From: Oscillospiraceae bacterium
GTDB taxonomy: Bacteria; Bacillota; Clostridia; Oscillospirales; CAG-272
Assembly: GCA_015064065.1 (NCBI GenBank)
Contig: SVSY01000001.1
Coordinates: 1,460-65,459, forward strand
Length of the DNA: 64,000 nt
Reading direction: 5' to 3'
Under the pieces are notes generated by a model. The model saw only the letters and a list, made by a program, of their open reading frames with translations. It was not told the origin of the DNA and ran no database searches. Numbering within the stretch: the first letter of the stretch is position 1; each line of letters starts with the position of its first letter. A program made the position numbers and the translations under genes. Below, one piece after another: positions 8,646-18,492 of the stretch.

Positions 8646-11078
8646 TCATTTATCTGTAAGTCTCTTTATGCCCCAAATATTTTCGGCATATTCGTTTATC
8701 GAGCGGTCAGCCGCAAAGAATCCCGATGCCGCGATGTTCATAAGCGACATACGGTTCCACTTTTCCTTGTTTGCATAGTCTGTAACTGCCTTCTCGTGAG
8801 TCATTCTGTAGGACTCGAAATCTGCAAGGCACATATAGGGGTCAGCCACTCCGGGACCCTTGGTAAGATAATTTGCTATATCCGCGAAGGACTCGCCTGC
8901 AAAGCCGATAGTGAGCGCGTTTATGATGCGCTGTATCTTCTGATTGCAGGTATAGAATTCTGCGCTGTTATATCCTCTCTGCCAGAGATCGTCGACCTCA
9001 GCGCTTGTAAGACCGAAGATATACATATTATCTCTTCCCGCCTCTGCAAGCATCTCAACGTTTGCTCCGTCGAGCGTACCGATGGTCATTGCACCGTTCA
9101 TCATAAGCTTCATACAGCCCGTGCCGCTCGCTTCTTTACCTGCCATAGAGATCTGTTCACTGATCTCAGCCGCAGGAACGAGAGCCTCAGCCATACTTAC
9201 GTTGTAATCCTCAAGGAAGGATACGGCAAGCTTCTTGGAGGCAACGGGGTCTTTCTCTATTTCTTTACCGAGGCAGTATATAAGGTTTATTATACGCTTA
9301 GCGTGGTAATAACCGGGGGCTGCCTTAGCACCGAAGAGGAAGCTTATAGGCTGGAAGTCGACGTTGGGATTATCCTTGATGTCAAGGTAAAGTCCAATAA
9401 TATTTAGAACGTTAAGAAGCTGTCTCTTGTACTCGTGCAGACGCTTGATCTGTACGTCGAACATAGAGTGGGTATCGATGAGCTTTCCTGTCTTGCGGTA
9501 AAGCAGATTGGAAAATTCGATCTTATTCTGATGCTTGATAGCTCTTACACGCTCAAGCACGTCCTTATCGTCGGCATAGCGTGCGAAATTATTGAGCTCG
9601 ATAGGATTGTGACGGTATCCCGTTCCTATAGTCTCGTCGAGAAGTCCTGCAAGCTTGGGGTTAGAATAGCAGAGCCAACGGCGATGTGCTATACCGTTCG
9701 TAACGTTTCCAAATCTCTCAGGATACATAGCGTAGAAGTCCTTAAAGATAGACTTTTTGAGAATATCAGAGTGGAGCTTGGACACGCCGTTTACGTAATG
9801 AGATCCAACTACACAAAGATTAGCCATATGCACCTGACCGTAGCCTACGATACTCATCTTGGAAATTCTGTTCCAGTTTCCGGGGAAAGCATTCCAAGCA
9901 TCTCGGCAGAAGCGCTCGTTGATCTCCTTGATAATAGTGTAAATTCTGGGCAATCTGAGCTTGAAGAGATCCTCATTCCACTTCTCAAGTGCCTCGGGCA
10001 TTACTGTGTGGTTAGTATAAGAGCATATCTTAACTACCATATCCCAAGCTCTGTCCCAAGAAATAAAGTATTCGTCGATGAGTATTCTCATAAGCTCGGG
10101 GATACAGAGTGCGGGATGAGTGTCGTTGATGTGTATTGCGATCTTGTCAGCAAGATTGTCTATAGTTCCGTAAACTGCCATATGGTCGTGAATGATGCTC
10201 TGGCAGGACGCAGATACCATAAAATACTGCTGTGTGAGTCTGAGAAGCTTTCCTTCAAGGTGGTTATCGGAGGGATAGAGCACCTTAGAGATAGTCTCTG
10301 CGTTAGTGCTCTCCTCTACCGCTCTTGCGTACTGTCCCTGAGTAAAAAGACTCATATTGAAGTTTCTGATGTCTCTCGCCTTCCAAAGACGGAGTCTGCT
10401 GACAGCCTTACTGTCCGCACCCGAGATCATCATATCGTAAGGCACTGCCTCAATAGTCTCGCAATCCTCGTAGATGACCTCCATATGACCCTCGCGCCAT
10501 TCTTCGCGGACGTGTCCGCCCATCTTTACCTGAAAAGCGCGGTCGGTTCTCGGAACGAGCCATACCTCGCCTCCGGGAAGCCATACGTCAGGAAGCTCTA
10601 CCTGAATTCCGTCAACGATCATCTGCTTGAAAAATCCGTATTCGTAGCAGATAGAAAATCCTGTTGCGGGATAGTCGAGAGATGCAAGCGAGTCCATAAA
10701 GCAAGCGGCAAGTCTTCCCAGACCGCCGTTTCCCAGACCCGCATCCGGTTCACATTCAAAAAGCTCGTCGAGATCTACTCCGTAATCACCGAGAGCCGCG
10801 CGATATTCCTCGGAAAGACCGAGGTTGCCAAGGCTCGTCTTGAGCGATCTGCCAAGCAAAAATTCCATACACATATAATAAACGCGCTTTGATTTCGTAT
10901 CGTTTACCTCGTGCTTGAAATCGTTTCTTTTTGAAGTAAGCATATCTCTGACTGTCATAGAGACTGCTTTGTACATCTGATCCTTAGATGCTTCTGTAGG
11001 TGTGCATCCGAAATATCTCGACAGCTTTGTTTCGATATTATCCTTCACCTGCAATTTGGTAAGTGCTGTGTTTTCCAT
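8646..11078 (-). CDS. glgP: Glycogen/maltodextrin phosphorylase
   Basis: GT35 length and PLP-lysine motif EASGTGCMKLMMNGA. Start set at MENTALTK; the track start at 11114 is a TTG inside a hairpin, and the start remains uncertain. Confidence 0.9.
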   Translation of the reverse strand: MENTALTKLQVKDNIETKLSRYFGCTPTEASKDQMYKAVSMTVRDMLTSKRNDFKHEVNDTKSKRVYYMCMEFLLGRSLKTSLGNLGLSEEYRAALGDYGVDLDELFECEPDAGLGNGGLGRLAACFMDSLASLDYPATGFSICYEYGFFKQMIVDGIQVELPDVWLPGGEVWLVPRTDRAFQVKMGGHVREEWREGHMEVIYEDCETIEAVPYDMMISGADSKAVSRLRLWKARDIRNFNMSLFTQGQYARAVEESTNAETISKVLYPSDNHLEGKLLRLTQQYFMVSASCQSIIHDHMAVYGTIDNLADKIAIHINDTHPALCIPELMRILIDEYFISWDRAWDMVVKICSYTNHTVMPEALEKWNEDLFKLRLPRIYTIIKEINERFCRDAWNAFPGNWNRISKMSIVGYGQVHMANLCVVGSHYVNGVSKLHSDILKKSIFKDFYAMYPERFGNVTNGIAHRRWLCYSNPKLAGLLDETIGTGYRHNPIELNNFARYADDKDVLERVRAIKHQNKIEFSNLLYRKTGKLIDTHSMFDVQIKRLHEYKRQLLNVLNIIGLYLDIKDNPNVDFQPISFLFGAKAAPGYYHAKRIINLIYCLGKEIEKDPVASKKLAVSFLEDYNVSMAEALVPAAEISEQISMAGKEASGTGCMKLMMNGAMTIGTLDGANVEMLAEAGRDNMYIFGLTSAEVDDLWQRGYNSAEFYTCNQKIQRIINALTIGFAGESFADIANYLTKGPGVADPYMCLADFESYRMTHEKAVTDYANKEKWNRMSLMNIAASGFFAADRSINEYAENIWGIKRLTDK

Positions 11079-11112
11079 TGGTTTGTGAATATCCTTTCTG
11101 ATAATAACACCC

Positions 11113-11146
11113 AAGACACCCGAAGGCGTAACCGTTCGGGTGTCTT
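11113..11146 (-). other. Intra-operon 12-bp stem-loop between glgA and glgP with no T-run
   Basis: AAGACACCCGAA / TTCGGGTGTCTT arms with a 10-nt loop; not followed by a U-tract on the transcribed strand. Confidence 0.5.
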
Positions 11147-11164
11147 GCCGTTATTGCGTTTGTT

Positions 11165-12613
11165 TTAGTTGCTCCAAAGCGGAGAATAGAGGTCAAGATA
11201 GCGCTGTGCAGATACCTTCCAAGAGAAATCTATGCGCATTATCTTGCCTAAGAACTTACGGCGAAGCTCCTCGTTGCACCAGAGGTCTATCGCTGCGTCG
11301 GTACGCTCTTCAAGCTCGTAAGAGCTGTAGTTGGCAAAGGTAAATCCGTTGCCCTTTATTTCGTTTCCGTCCATCCAGAAGCCCTTTATCGAGTCGTAAA
11401 GTCCTCCTGTCTCTCTTACTACGGGAATTGCACCGTAGCGCGATGCGATCATCTGAGAAAGTCCGCAAGGCTCGCTCTTTGAGGGCATCATAAAGATATC
11501 GCTCGCCGCGTATATTCTCTTAGAGAGATCTCTGTCATAGGTAATAAGTGCTCTGACCTTGTCGGGATAGGTCTTTTCAAGTCCTCTGAAGAAGGTCTCG
11601 TATTCTCCCTCTCCCTTGCCGAGAACGACGAACTGAACGTCTCTCTCTCCTATGAGCTTATATATCATCATAGTGACCAGATCAAGTCCCTTATGCGATG
11701 CAAGTCTTGATATGAGCGAGATAACGGGTACGTCTTCTCTTTCGGGAAGTCCGAGCTCCTTTTGGAGTGCGAGCTTGTTTTCGTATTTTTTGTTAAGCGA
11801 GCGCCAAGTGTAATTTTTAGCGATCGCTTTATCTGCTGACGGATCGTAATAATTATAATCTATTCCGTTGAGTATTCCCGAAAGCTTATCTTTTGACTCG
11901 CGGAGTATTCTGTCAAGTCCGTGTGCGTATTCGGGTGAGCATATCTCCTCCGCGTATCTCTGGCTTACGGTCGTAACGAGATCTGCACAGGTTATAGCGC
12001 CCTTCATAAGATTGATACAGCCGTCGTACTCAACGATGTGTTTCGATCTTTCGTCAAGGTCGAAAACGTCACCGAGTATCGCAAAATCGTATTTGCCCTG
12101 ATACTCTATGTTATGGATAGTAAACACCGTTTTGATATTTTCGTATCCGCTGATACCTCTGAACTTTTCGTTGATATAAACGAGAGTCAGCGCGCTTGAC
12201 CAATCGTGTGCGTGAACGACGTCGGGATAGTATCCGACGAGCATAGGAAGCTCTGCGGCAACCTTGGAGAAATAAGCGTATCTTTCGCCCTCGTCCATAT
12301 ATCCGTAGAGCGTATCTCTATCAAAATAATACTTATTATCGACGAAATAATAGGTAACTCCGTCCTTGACGAGCGAGTATATTCCGCAATACTGACGTCT
12401 CCAGGCAAGCTCGATCTCGCCCTCAAAGACCTTAGTCATCTGTGCACGGTAGGTGCTCGAAACTGCGCGGTAAAGCGGCATTACGACCCTTACGTCCACC
12501 TCTCCCTTGCCTGCTTCGATTATAGACGAAGGCAGCGAGCCGAGAACGTCACCGAGTCCTCCGGTGGCTGCAAAGGGCATTGCCTCTGCACCGACAAACA
12601 ATAATTTCTTCAT
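11165..12613 (-). CDS. glgA: Glycogen synthase (GT5)
   Basis: N-terminal FVGAEAMPFAATGGLGDV (KTGGL motif reads ATGGL), HAHDW, SRLASHKG, SEPCGLSQ, ETGGL. Confidence 0.9.
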   Translation of the reverse strand: MKKLLFVGAEAMPFAATGGLGDVLGSLPSSIIEAGKGEVDVRVVMPLYRAVSSTYRAQMTKVFEGEIELAWRRQYCGIYSLVKDGVTYYFVDNKYYFDRDTLYGYMDEGERYAYFSKVAAELPMLVGYYPDVVHAHDWSSALTLVYINEKFRGISGYENIKTVFTIHNIEYQGKYDFAILGDVFDLDERSKHIVEYDGCINLMKGAITCADLVTTVSQRYAEEICSPEYAHGLDRILRESKDKLSGILNGIDYNYYDPSADKAIAKNYTWRSLNKKYENKLALQKELGLPEREDVPVISLISRLASHKGLDLVTMMIYKLIGERDVQFVVLGKGEGEYETFFRGLEKTYPDKVRALITYDRDLSKRIYAASDIFMMPSKSEPCGLSQMIASRYGAIPVVRETGGLYDSIKGFWMDGNEIKGNGFTFANYSSYELEERTDAAIDLWCNEELRRKFLGKIMRIDFSWKVSAQRYLDLYSPLWSN

Positions 12614-12639
12614 ATGCTTTTCCTTCCTTGTCCGAACTA

Positions 12640-13770
12640 TCAGACCATAGCACCCTTTGAGATAAAGAAGGGCATGCTTTCGTGACCCGAGAGCACTCTA
12701 TTGTTTCTTATAACAACGTTCTTATCGGTTATCACGCAATTGAGCGATACGTTAGTTCCCGTAAAGGTATCCTGAAGAAGAATAGAATTCTTTACGACAG
12801 TTCCCTTACCTACGTGAACACCTCTGAATATGATAGAGTTCTCAACAGTTCCCTCTATCACGCAACCGTCAGCCACGTAGGAGTTGATCACCTTAGAGCC
12901 GTTTGCATATACGGTAGGAGCGGAATTGCGAAGCTTTGTATATATTGGGCTTTCCTTAACAAAAAGTCCGTTTCTGACTTCGGGATCAAGAAGCTGCATA
13001 GAGCATCTGAAATAGCTTTCGAGCGAGGTGATCTGCAAATATATTCCGTCGTAATGGTAGCAATTTATTCTCGCGCTCTTAACTCTGCGTGCTATGATAT
13101 CCTTATAAAAATGGTTATATCCGTGTGCGCTTGCGTCGTTTATAGCGTTGAGAAGGAAGAGTCTGTTTGCGATGATTATATTTGTGCTTATCTCTGCCGA
13201 GCGGTCGTAATCGATATAAGCCGACACCTCGGTAGCAAAGCCGTCAGCGTTGCACTTTATCTCGGTAGCACCGTCGCTGGGTATCTCCTTTTTAAAGTTT
13301 ACCGTTCTGGTTACGATAGTAACGTCGGCATTCTTCTCGATATGATCCTCAAGAACTTTATTGAGATCGATGCTGCAGATACCGTCGCAATCCGAAAGCA
13401 CGATATATTCCTCGCTGCACTTGGAGATAAAGCCCGTAACACCCATCAAAGCCTCAAGTCTCGTTGAGTAGAGCTTGCCTCCGTTTGCGCTGTTATAGCT
13501 CGTGATAAAGGGAGGAAGTATTCTTATACCGCCCGAACGGCGTGCAAGATCCCAGTCCTTACCCGTACCGATGTGGTCCATAAGAGACTGATAGTTATTA
13601 TGCGTAATAATACCTATTTTAGTTATACCCGAATTTACCATATTGGAAAGCGGGAAGTCGACGAGACGGTAACGGCAACCGTAAGGCACTGATGCCATAG
13701 TTCTGACGCTCGTCAGCTCGGGCATTGAAGAATTGTGAATGTTAGAAAATATCAAACCTGCTACTGACAT
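12640..13770 (-). CDS. glgD: Glucose-1-phosphate adenylyltransferase, GlgD subunit
   Basis: GlgC paralogue lacking the GGxGxRL loop, with left-handed beta-helix C-terminus; sits between glgC and glgA as in Firmicutes. Confidence 0.85.
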   Translation of the reverse strand: MSVAGLIFSNIHNSSMPELTSVRTMASVPYGCRYRLVDFPLSNMVNSGITKIGIITHNNYQSLMDHIGTGKDWDLARRSGGIRILPPFITSYNSANGGKLYSTRLEALMGVTGFISKCSEEYIVLSDCDGICSIDLNKVLEDHIEKNADVTIVTRTVNFKKEIPSDGATEIKCNADGFATEVSAYIDYDRSAEISTNIIIANRLFLLNAINDASAHGYNHFYKDIIARRVKSARINCYHYDGIYLQITSLESYFRCSMQLLDPEVRNGLFVKESPIYTKLRNSAPTVYANGSKVINSYVADGCVIEGTVENSIIFRGVHVGKGTVVKNSILLQDTFTGTNVSLNCVITDKNVVIRNNRVLSGHESMPFFISKGAMV

Positions 13771-13774
13771 TATC

Positions 13775-14980
13775 TTACGCCTCCTTTACAAGATCGGAGC
13801 TGTTGTTTATCATCGCTCCGTCGGCAACTGCCGTACCTGCGGGAACGGTTATTCCCGTTCCGATAACTGCAATTCCCTTTGCAGCCGAACGCTCCTTACC
13901 TACGGTGCTGTTTTCGCTGACCGTAACTCCAGAGTCGAGTATCGCGTAATTGACCTTCGCACCTGCTTCGATAACGCAATCGTCCATAATTACCGAGTCA
14001 ACGACCTCTGCGCCTGCCATTACGACGACGCCGGAGCCGAGAACCGAATTGCGTACCGTTCCGTATATATCACAGCCCTCTGTAATGCTGCTGTTTTCTA
14101 TAATCGCATCAGGTCCGACGTACTGAGGAGAGTGAGCCGAGTGTCTCGAGAATATTCTCCAAGACTCGTCGCCAAGATTGAATACAGGCTCTTCTCCGAG
14201 AAGATCCATATTTGCCTCCCAAAGAGAATCAATAGTTCCAACGTCCTTCCAATATCCGCTGAAGGAATATGCGTACATTCTCTCGCCGTTTGCAAGCATA
14301 GCGGGGATTATGTTCTTTCCAAAGTCGTTAGAGCTGTTAGGATCTGCGGCGTCTTCATTGAGATACTTGAACAAGCAGTCCTTAGAAAAGATATAAATTC
14401 CCATCGAAGCCTTCGTGCTGTCGGGATTCTTGGGCTTCTCTGCGAACTTATATATTCTGCCTTCGTCGTCAACGCTCATAATGCCGAAGCGGCTTGCTTC
14501 TTCTATCGGAACGTCGATGACCGCTATGGTGCAATCAGCATTCATCTTCTTGTGGTGCTGAAGCATCTTGTCATAGTTCATTCTGTATATGTGGTCACCC
14601 GAGAGTATTATAACGTAGTCGGGAGAATACATATCGATAAACTGCATATTCTGGTATATGGCATTCGCCGTGCCCTTATACCAATCCGCACCGTTCTTGC
14701 CCTGATACGGTGGCAAGATCTTAACTCCGCCTATAGCTCTGTCAAGATCCCACGGAAGTCCGTTACCAACGTAGTCGTTAAGCACAAGAGGCTGATATTG
14801 AGTAAGAACTCCTACGGTATCAACTCCTGAATTGATACAGTTAGAGAGTGGGAAATCGATAATTCTGTACTTTCCTCCAAAGGATACGGCAGGCTTTGCC
14901 GTTTTCTCGGTAAGTGCATAAAGGCGGCTTCCCTGACCGCCCGCAAGGAGCATAGCAACACATTCTTTCTTTTTGAACAT
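13775..14980 (-). CDS. glgC: Glucose-1-phosphate adenylyltransferase
   Basis: [10 protein letters not shown]...[24 protein letters not shown]; GGAGGA RBS before the ATG at 14980, so the track start at 15025 is judged too long. Confidence 0.9.
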   Translation of the reverse strand: MFKKKECVAMLLAGGQGSRLYALTEKTAKPAVSFGGKYRIIDFPLSNCINSGVDTVGVLTQYQPLVLNDYVGNGLPWDLDRAIGGVKILPPYQGKNGADWYKGTANAIYQNMQFIDMYSPDYVIILSGDHIYRMNYDKMLQHHKKMNADCTIAVIDVPIEEASRFGIMSVDDEGRIYKFAEKPKNPDSTKASMGIYIFSKDCLFKYLNEDAADPNSSNDFGKNIIPAMLANGERMYAYSFSGYWKDVGTIDSLWEANMDLLGEEPVFNLGDESWRIFSRHSAHSPQYVGPDAIIENSSITEGCDIYGTVRNSVLGSGVVVMAGAEVVDSVIMDDCVIEAGAKVNYAILDSGVTVSENSTVGKERSAAKGIAVIGTGITVPAGTAVADGAMINNSSDLVKEA

Positions 14981-15078
14981 ATAATCCTCCATATTTTTTT
15001 CGGATAAACCGTATTTTTGTCGCAATTAGAATTTGTTTTTCCTTGATCTTTGTTTGCCTGTTTGTACCGTGTATATTG

Positions 15079-16860
15079 TTATTTATCGCCTATAGGCTTA
15101 AGTATAACGAATGAAAGCGGCGGAATATCTATCTTCAGCATTCCGTCAGATGCTTTCTTCAGCTTAAGTGCTCCGTTTCCTCCAAATCGCAGGTCGTCGG
15201 AATCAAATACCGCCTCGCACATTCTGTCGCCGCATTTGAGCATATAGCCCTCCCGCGCTTCCGCCGAGAAATTTATCACGACGTAAAGTCTGTTTTGGTC
15301 GTCGGCTCTGCGCTCGTATGCCAAGATAGCTCTGTCTGCATCTATCAACGAAAATCCGTCGGCTAAGGCGTCCTTCTTCCACAGAGCAGACTCTGCAAGA
15401 TAGAAATGATCGAGCTCTGCAACGAATCGCTGGAATTTTGCGTGCGTTTCGTATTCAAGCAAGAACCATTCCACTTCTCCGTCGTGATCCCACTCGCGAA
15501 AATGTCCGATCTCGTATCCCATAAAATTCAACTTTTTTGCGGGATAGGTCATCATATATCCGAGAAAGGCTCTCGCACCCGCGAATTTCTGCCAATAATC
15601 GCCCGACATCTTGTCAAGGAAGGAACGCTTTGTGTGCACCACCTCGTCGTGCGAGATCGAAAGCATATATCTTTCTCTTGCGCGATATGTGATCGGATAT
15701 ATCAATTTATCGGTTTGAGATATCTTGAGCGTATTATCAAGGCTTGCATATTCAAGCGAAGCATCGACCCAAGCCATATCCCATTTCATATCGAAGCCCA
15801 GACCTTCGTCCGTGCCTGTCATTTTTAGATCGGAGCTTTCTTCTGCTATCGTTATTACGTCGGGAAATTCTCGCTTTATCTGACGGTTTAATACTTTTAT
15901 AAGCTCAATTCCCGCCGCACGCTTTTGGGTCTTGCCCGAATCGATATACAAAAGAGACGAAAGACCGCCGACCCTTATCCCGTCTATATGAAATTCTCTT
16001 ATCCAATACAGCACCGAAGATATAAGGAAGCTTCTTACCTCGTTTCGCTCAAGGTCGAAGCTTGCGACATCACCGTCATCATCTTTCTCGTAAAGCGGTG
16101 AGCCGTCGAAGCGATAAAGCCCGTGCTCGTCCTTCGGAAAGCCCAACATAGTAAAGTCGAGTATAACTCCGAGTCCCGCCTCGTGCATTGAGTCGACAAA
16201 GCTCTTGAAGTCGTTGACACCTCCGTAGCGCGCCGTCGGCGCAAAGAAGGAGCACACCTGATATCCCCACGACGCATCGTACGGATATTCTGCTATAGGC
16301 ATAAGCTGGACGTGAGTATATCCCATCTGCTTTGCGTAAGGAGCAAGCTCCCGCGCAAGCTCTGTATAGCCAAACGGAGTTCCGTCCTCGTGACGCTTCC
16401 ACGAACCGAGATGTATCTCGTACACGTTCATCGGCAGAGTGTAAAGCTCGGGCACGACCTTTTTTCTGAATGCGAGCCAACCGCCGTCTCTCCAAGTGTA
16501 TTCCTCCTCACTTGGAATAAGCGATGCCGTTTCGGGCATTTTATCGGTACGTCTCGCATAGGGATCTGCTTTATAGCAAACGTTGCCGTTTCCGTATATC
16601 TTAAATTTATACCTTTTTTGTGCAGCTATTTTCGCACCCTCCACAAAGGTCTCCCAAACGCCTCCCGCAGTCACCTTATAAAGACGCGTATCCTCGCTCC
16701 AGCCGTTAAAATCTCCGACAAGGAATACTTTTTGCGCGTTCGGCGCAAAAACTCTGAAAACGTAGCCGCTTCCGGTTTTATGCACGCCAAGGTAATCCTC
16801 TGAGGTATAGTTTGTCCCCTCGTGGAAGAGATACGCTGCCATTTCATTCTGCGTTCTCAT
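15079..16860 (-). CDS. glgB: 1,4-alpha-glucan branching enzyme homologue (GH13/CBM48) with substituted catalytic residues
   Basis: Full-length similarity to GlgB (AEES, SHDEVVH retained), but region II reads IDGIRVGGLSS and region I reads ILDFTMLGFPKD; first gene of the glg operon. Confidence 0.85.
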   Translation of the reverse strand: MRTQNEMAAYLFHEGTNYTSEDYLGVHKTGSGYVFRVFAPNAQKVFLVGDFNGWSEDTRLYKVTAGGVWETFVEGAKIAAQKRYKFKIYGNGNVCYKADPYARRTDKMPETASLIPSEEEYTWRDGGWLAFRKKVVPELYTLPMNVYEIHLGSWKRHEDGTPFGYTELARELAPYAKQMGYTHVQLMPIAEYPYDASWGYQVCSFFAPTARYGGVNDFKSFVDSMHEAGLGVILDFTMLGFPKDEHGLYRFDGSPLYEKDDDGDVASFDLERNEVRSFLISSVLYWIREFHIDGIRVGGLSSLLYIDSGKTQKRAAGIELIKVLNRQIKREFPDVITIAEESSDLKMTGTDEGLGFDMKWDMAWVDASLEYASLDNTLKISQTDKLIYPITYRARERYMLSISHDEVVHTKRSFLDKMSGDYWQKFAGARAFLGYMMTYPAKKLNFMGYEIGHFREWDHDGEVEWFLLEYETHAKFQRFVAELDHFYLAESALWKKDALADGFSLIDADRAILAYERRADDQNRLYVVINFSAEAREGYMLKCGDRMCEAVFDSDDLRFGGNGALKLKKASDGMLKIDIPPLSFVILKPIGDK

Positions 16861-16892
16861 TTTACCATCCACTCTATTAAGTTTTCAAAGCC

Positions 16893-17195
16893 TTATTCGT
16901 ATTCTCCGTAGAATATTATCTCATCGGGGAAACACATTCCAAGCTTTTCGCGTGCTATGCGTATCTTAAAATCGTCGTCAAGCGGAGCTTCAACAAGATA
17001 CTCAAGTCTTTGTATATCGTCCTTGAGCTTATTGACATATTCCTGCTTTTCGACCTTTTTCTCCATCGCCTCGTTGTACTGCATAATACTCCAGAGGAAA
17101 TAGACGAAAGCAAATATCAGCAAAAAAACGAGAAAAGCGCGTATAACAACGAAGGACTTGCTTTTTTTATCGGCAAAATACTTGTTTTTATTCAT
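16893..17195 (-). CDS. divIC: Septum formation initiator family protein (DivIC/FtsB-like)
   Basis: 100 aa with an N-terminal TM helix then a coiled coil; follows yabP-yabQ as in B. subtilis. Confidence 0.7.
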   Translation of the reverse strand: MNKNKYFADKKSKSFVVIRAFLVFLLIFAFVYFLWSIMQYNEAMEKKVEKQEYVNKLKDDIQRLEYLVEAPLDDDFKIRIAREKLGMCFPDEIIFYGEYE

Positions 17196-17833
17196 CCGCC
17201 ATTCTCCTTTTTTTTGATATGAAGTGAAGTTTTTAGATCTGCAAAACGAGAGCCCTTCGGCTCATCCTCGTTTGCAAACACTCCTCCGTCTATATTATAC
17301 AACTTTTTTCTCTTTTTTTCAAGAGTAAAACTATACAAAGAATTGATTTTTTTTACAAATTCATATAATATATAGCCAAATTTTAAAAAAGGTGCGCAAA
17401 ATAATATAAAAATCGACACTGCAAGGTAGCGAAACACTACCACAAGCGGCTCTGCTACGAGCATCACCAACCGCCCGAGCGTATATTTATAAACAAAAAA
17501 TCCCGCAAGAACTCCGAGCACCGTAAAAAAGCGAAATCTTCCGCTGTTGTACGAGTAGTTTAAAACTATTATCCCTGCCGTGCAAAAAAGGACGCATAAG
17601 ATATCTCCAAAAAAGGTTACTGCGCTTTGCCAAACGCTTTCGCTCTTGGGAGCAAGCGTTCTTTTTATTATCGGCAATCTCCACGCCTCTATGCGCTTAT
17701 ATCCTCTTTTTGAATATCTTTTCCCCGCAAGTACCCTCAGCATTCTGCACCCGTCGTAAAACATTCCGACGATCGCGCCAAAGAAAAATGAATACAGTAA
17801 TAAGAGAGACAGAATTACCTGAGATATTTCCAT
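17192..17833 (-). CDS. yabQ: Spore cortex biosynthesis membrane protein YabQ
   Basis: Polytopic ~213-aa protein between yabP and divIC; ATG at 17833 lies 1 nt after the yabP stop. Confidence 0.65.
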   Translation of the reverse strand: MEISQVILSLLLLYSFFFGAIVGMFYDGCRMLRVLAGKRYSKRGYKRIEAWRLPIIKRTLAPKSESVWQSAVTFFGDILCVLFCTAGIIVLNYSYNSGRFRFFTVLGVLAGFFVYKYTLGRLVMLVAEPLVVVFRYLAVSIFILFCAPFLKFGYILYEFVKKINSLYSFTLEKKRKKLYNIDGGVFANEDEPKGSRFADLKTSLHIKKKENGG

Positions 17834-17834
17834 A

Positions 17835-18125
17835 TCAACGTACCCGCCTTGCAAAAAAGCCTTTTTTCTCTTTTGCGTTGTCGTTTGAATAATAGAGCGC
17901 GCTCAACCTTCCCGTCAGAGAAACTATACCCTCGTCGGTATTGAGAGTTCCGATCTTCAGTCCGCTTCCCTCCACGAAAAGCTCTCCCTCGCTCGTTTTG
18001 AGGCGTACATTCTCCTCGTCAAATCCAACTACCTCTTCAACTCCGCTGATATTCATTTCGCTTCTCGCACTCAGCCTTATCTCGTGCTCCTTTTTCCTCT
18101 CTTCACCCGAAACGTATAACGACAT
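17835..18125 (-). CDS. yabP: Sporulation protein YabP
   Basis: YabP-like repeat pattern (NISGVEEVVGFDEENVRLKT...SLTGRLSALYY); GGAGG 7 nt before the ATG at 18125. Confidence 0.8.
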   Translation of the reverse strand: MSLYVSGEERKKEHEIRLSARSEMNISGVEEVVGFDEENVRLKTSEGELFVEGSGLKIGTLNTDEGIVSLTGRLSALYYSNDNAKEKKGFFARRVR

Positions 18126-18193
18126 AAAAAACCTCCGCACACAATGATAGGATATCATTGAATACTATGCGGAGATCTTTATTAATATTACTT

Positions 18194-18436
18194 TTACTCT
18201 ATTATCTCGTACATACTTGACGCATCGGCTTTTGCCACACTGTCCTTGACTGTAAGCACTCTGACCTTGAGAGTCCTCTGACCGAATGTGATCTCAAGAA
18301 CGTCGCCCTCTTTTACGTCATAGGATGCTTTTGCGCGTCTTCCGTTTACGCACACGTGCTCGGTATCGCACGCATCGTTTGCAACGGTCCTGCGCTTGAT
18401 TATACGCGACACCTTAAGGTATTTATCAAGTCTCAT
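18194..18436 (-). CDS. yabO: S4-domain RNA-binding protein (YabO/Hsp15-like)
   Basis: [18 protein letters not shown]4 signature; 80 aa; conserved position upstream of yabP. Confidence 0.8.
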   Translation of the reverse strand: MRLDKYLKVSRIIKRRTVANDACDTEHVCVNGRRAKASYDVKEGDVLEITFGQRTLKVRVLTVKDSVAKADASSMYEIIE

Positions 18437-18444
18437 TTTTCACC

Positions 18445-18480
18445 TCAAAAAGAGGTCGTTGCGGATAATCGCAACGACCT
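18445..18480 (-). terminator. Rho-independent terminator after hup
   Basis: 11-bp stem AGGTCGTTGCG / CGCAACGACCT with a 6-nt loop, followed on the minus strand by CTTTTTG. Confidence 0.75.
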
Positions 18481-18492
18481 TACAAACTAAAA

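Noticed and set aside
9435-10892. 485-aa ORF antisense to glgP, with similar long shadows at 996-1886, 6940-7932, 13739-14830, 41223-42203, 47372-48616, 50345-51145, 58542-59582 and 62303-63535
   Set aside because: All lie opposite genes with strong family motifs, those I checked (9435-10892, 47372-48616, 62303-63535) are in the codon-aligned antisense frame, and none has a recognisable domain. Treated as shadow ORFs.
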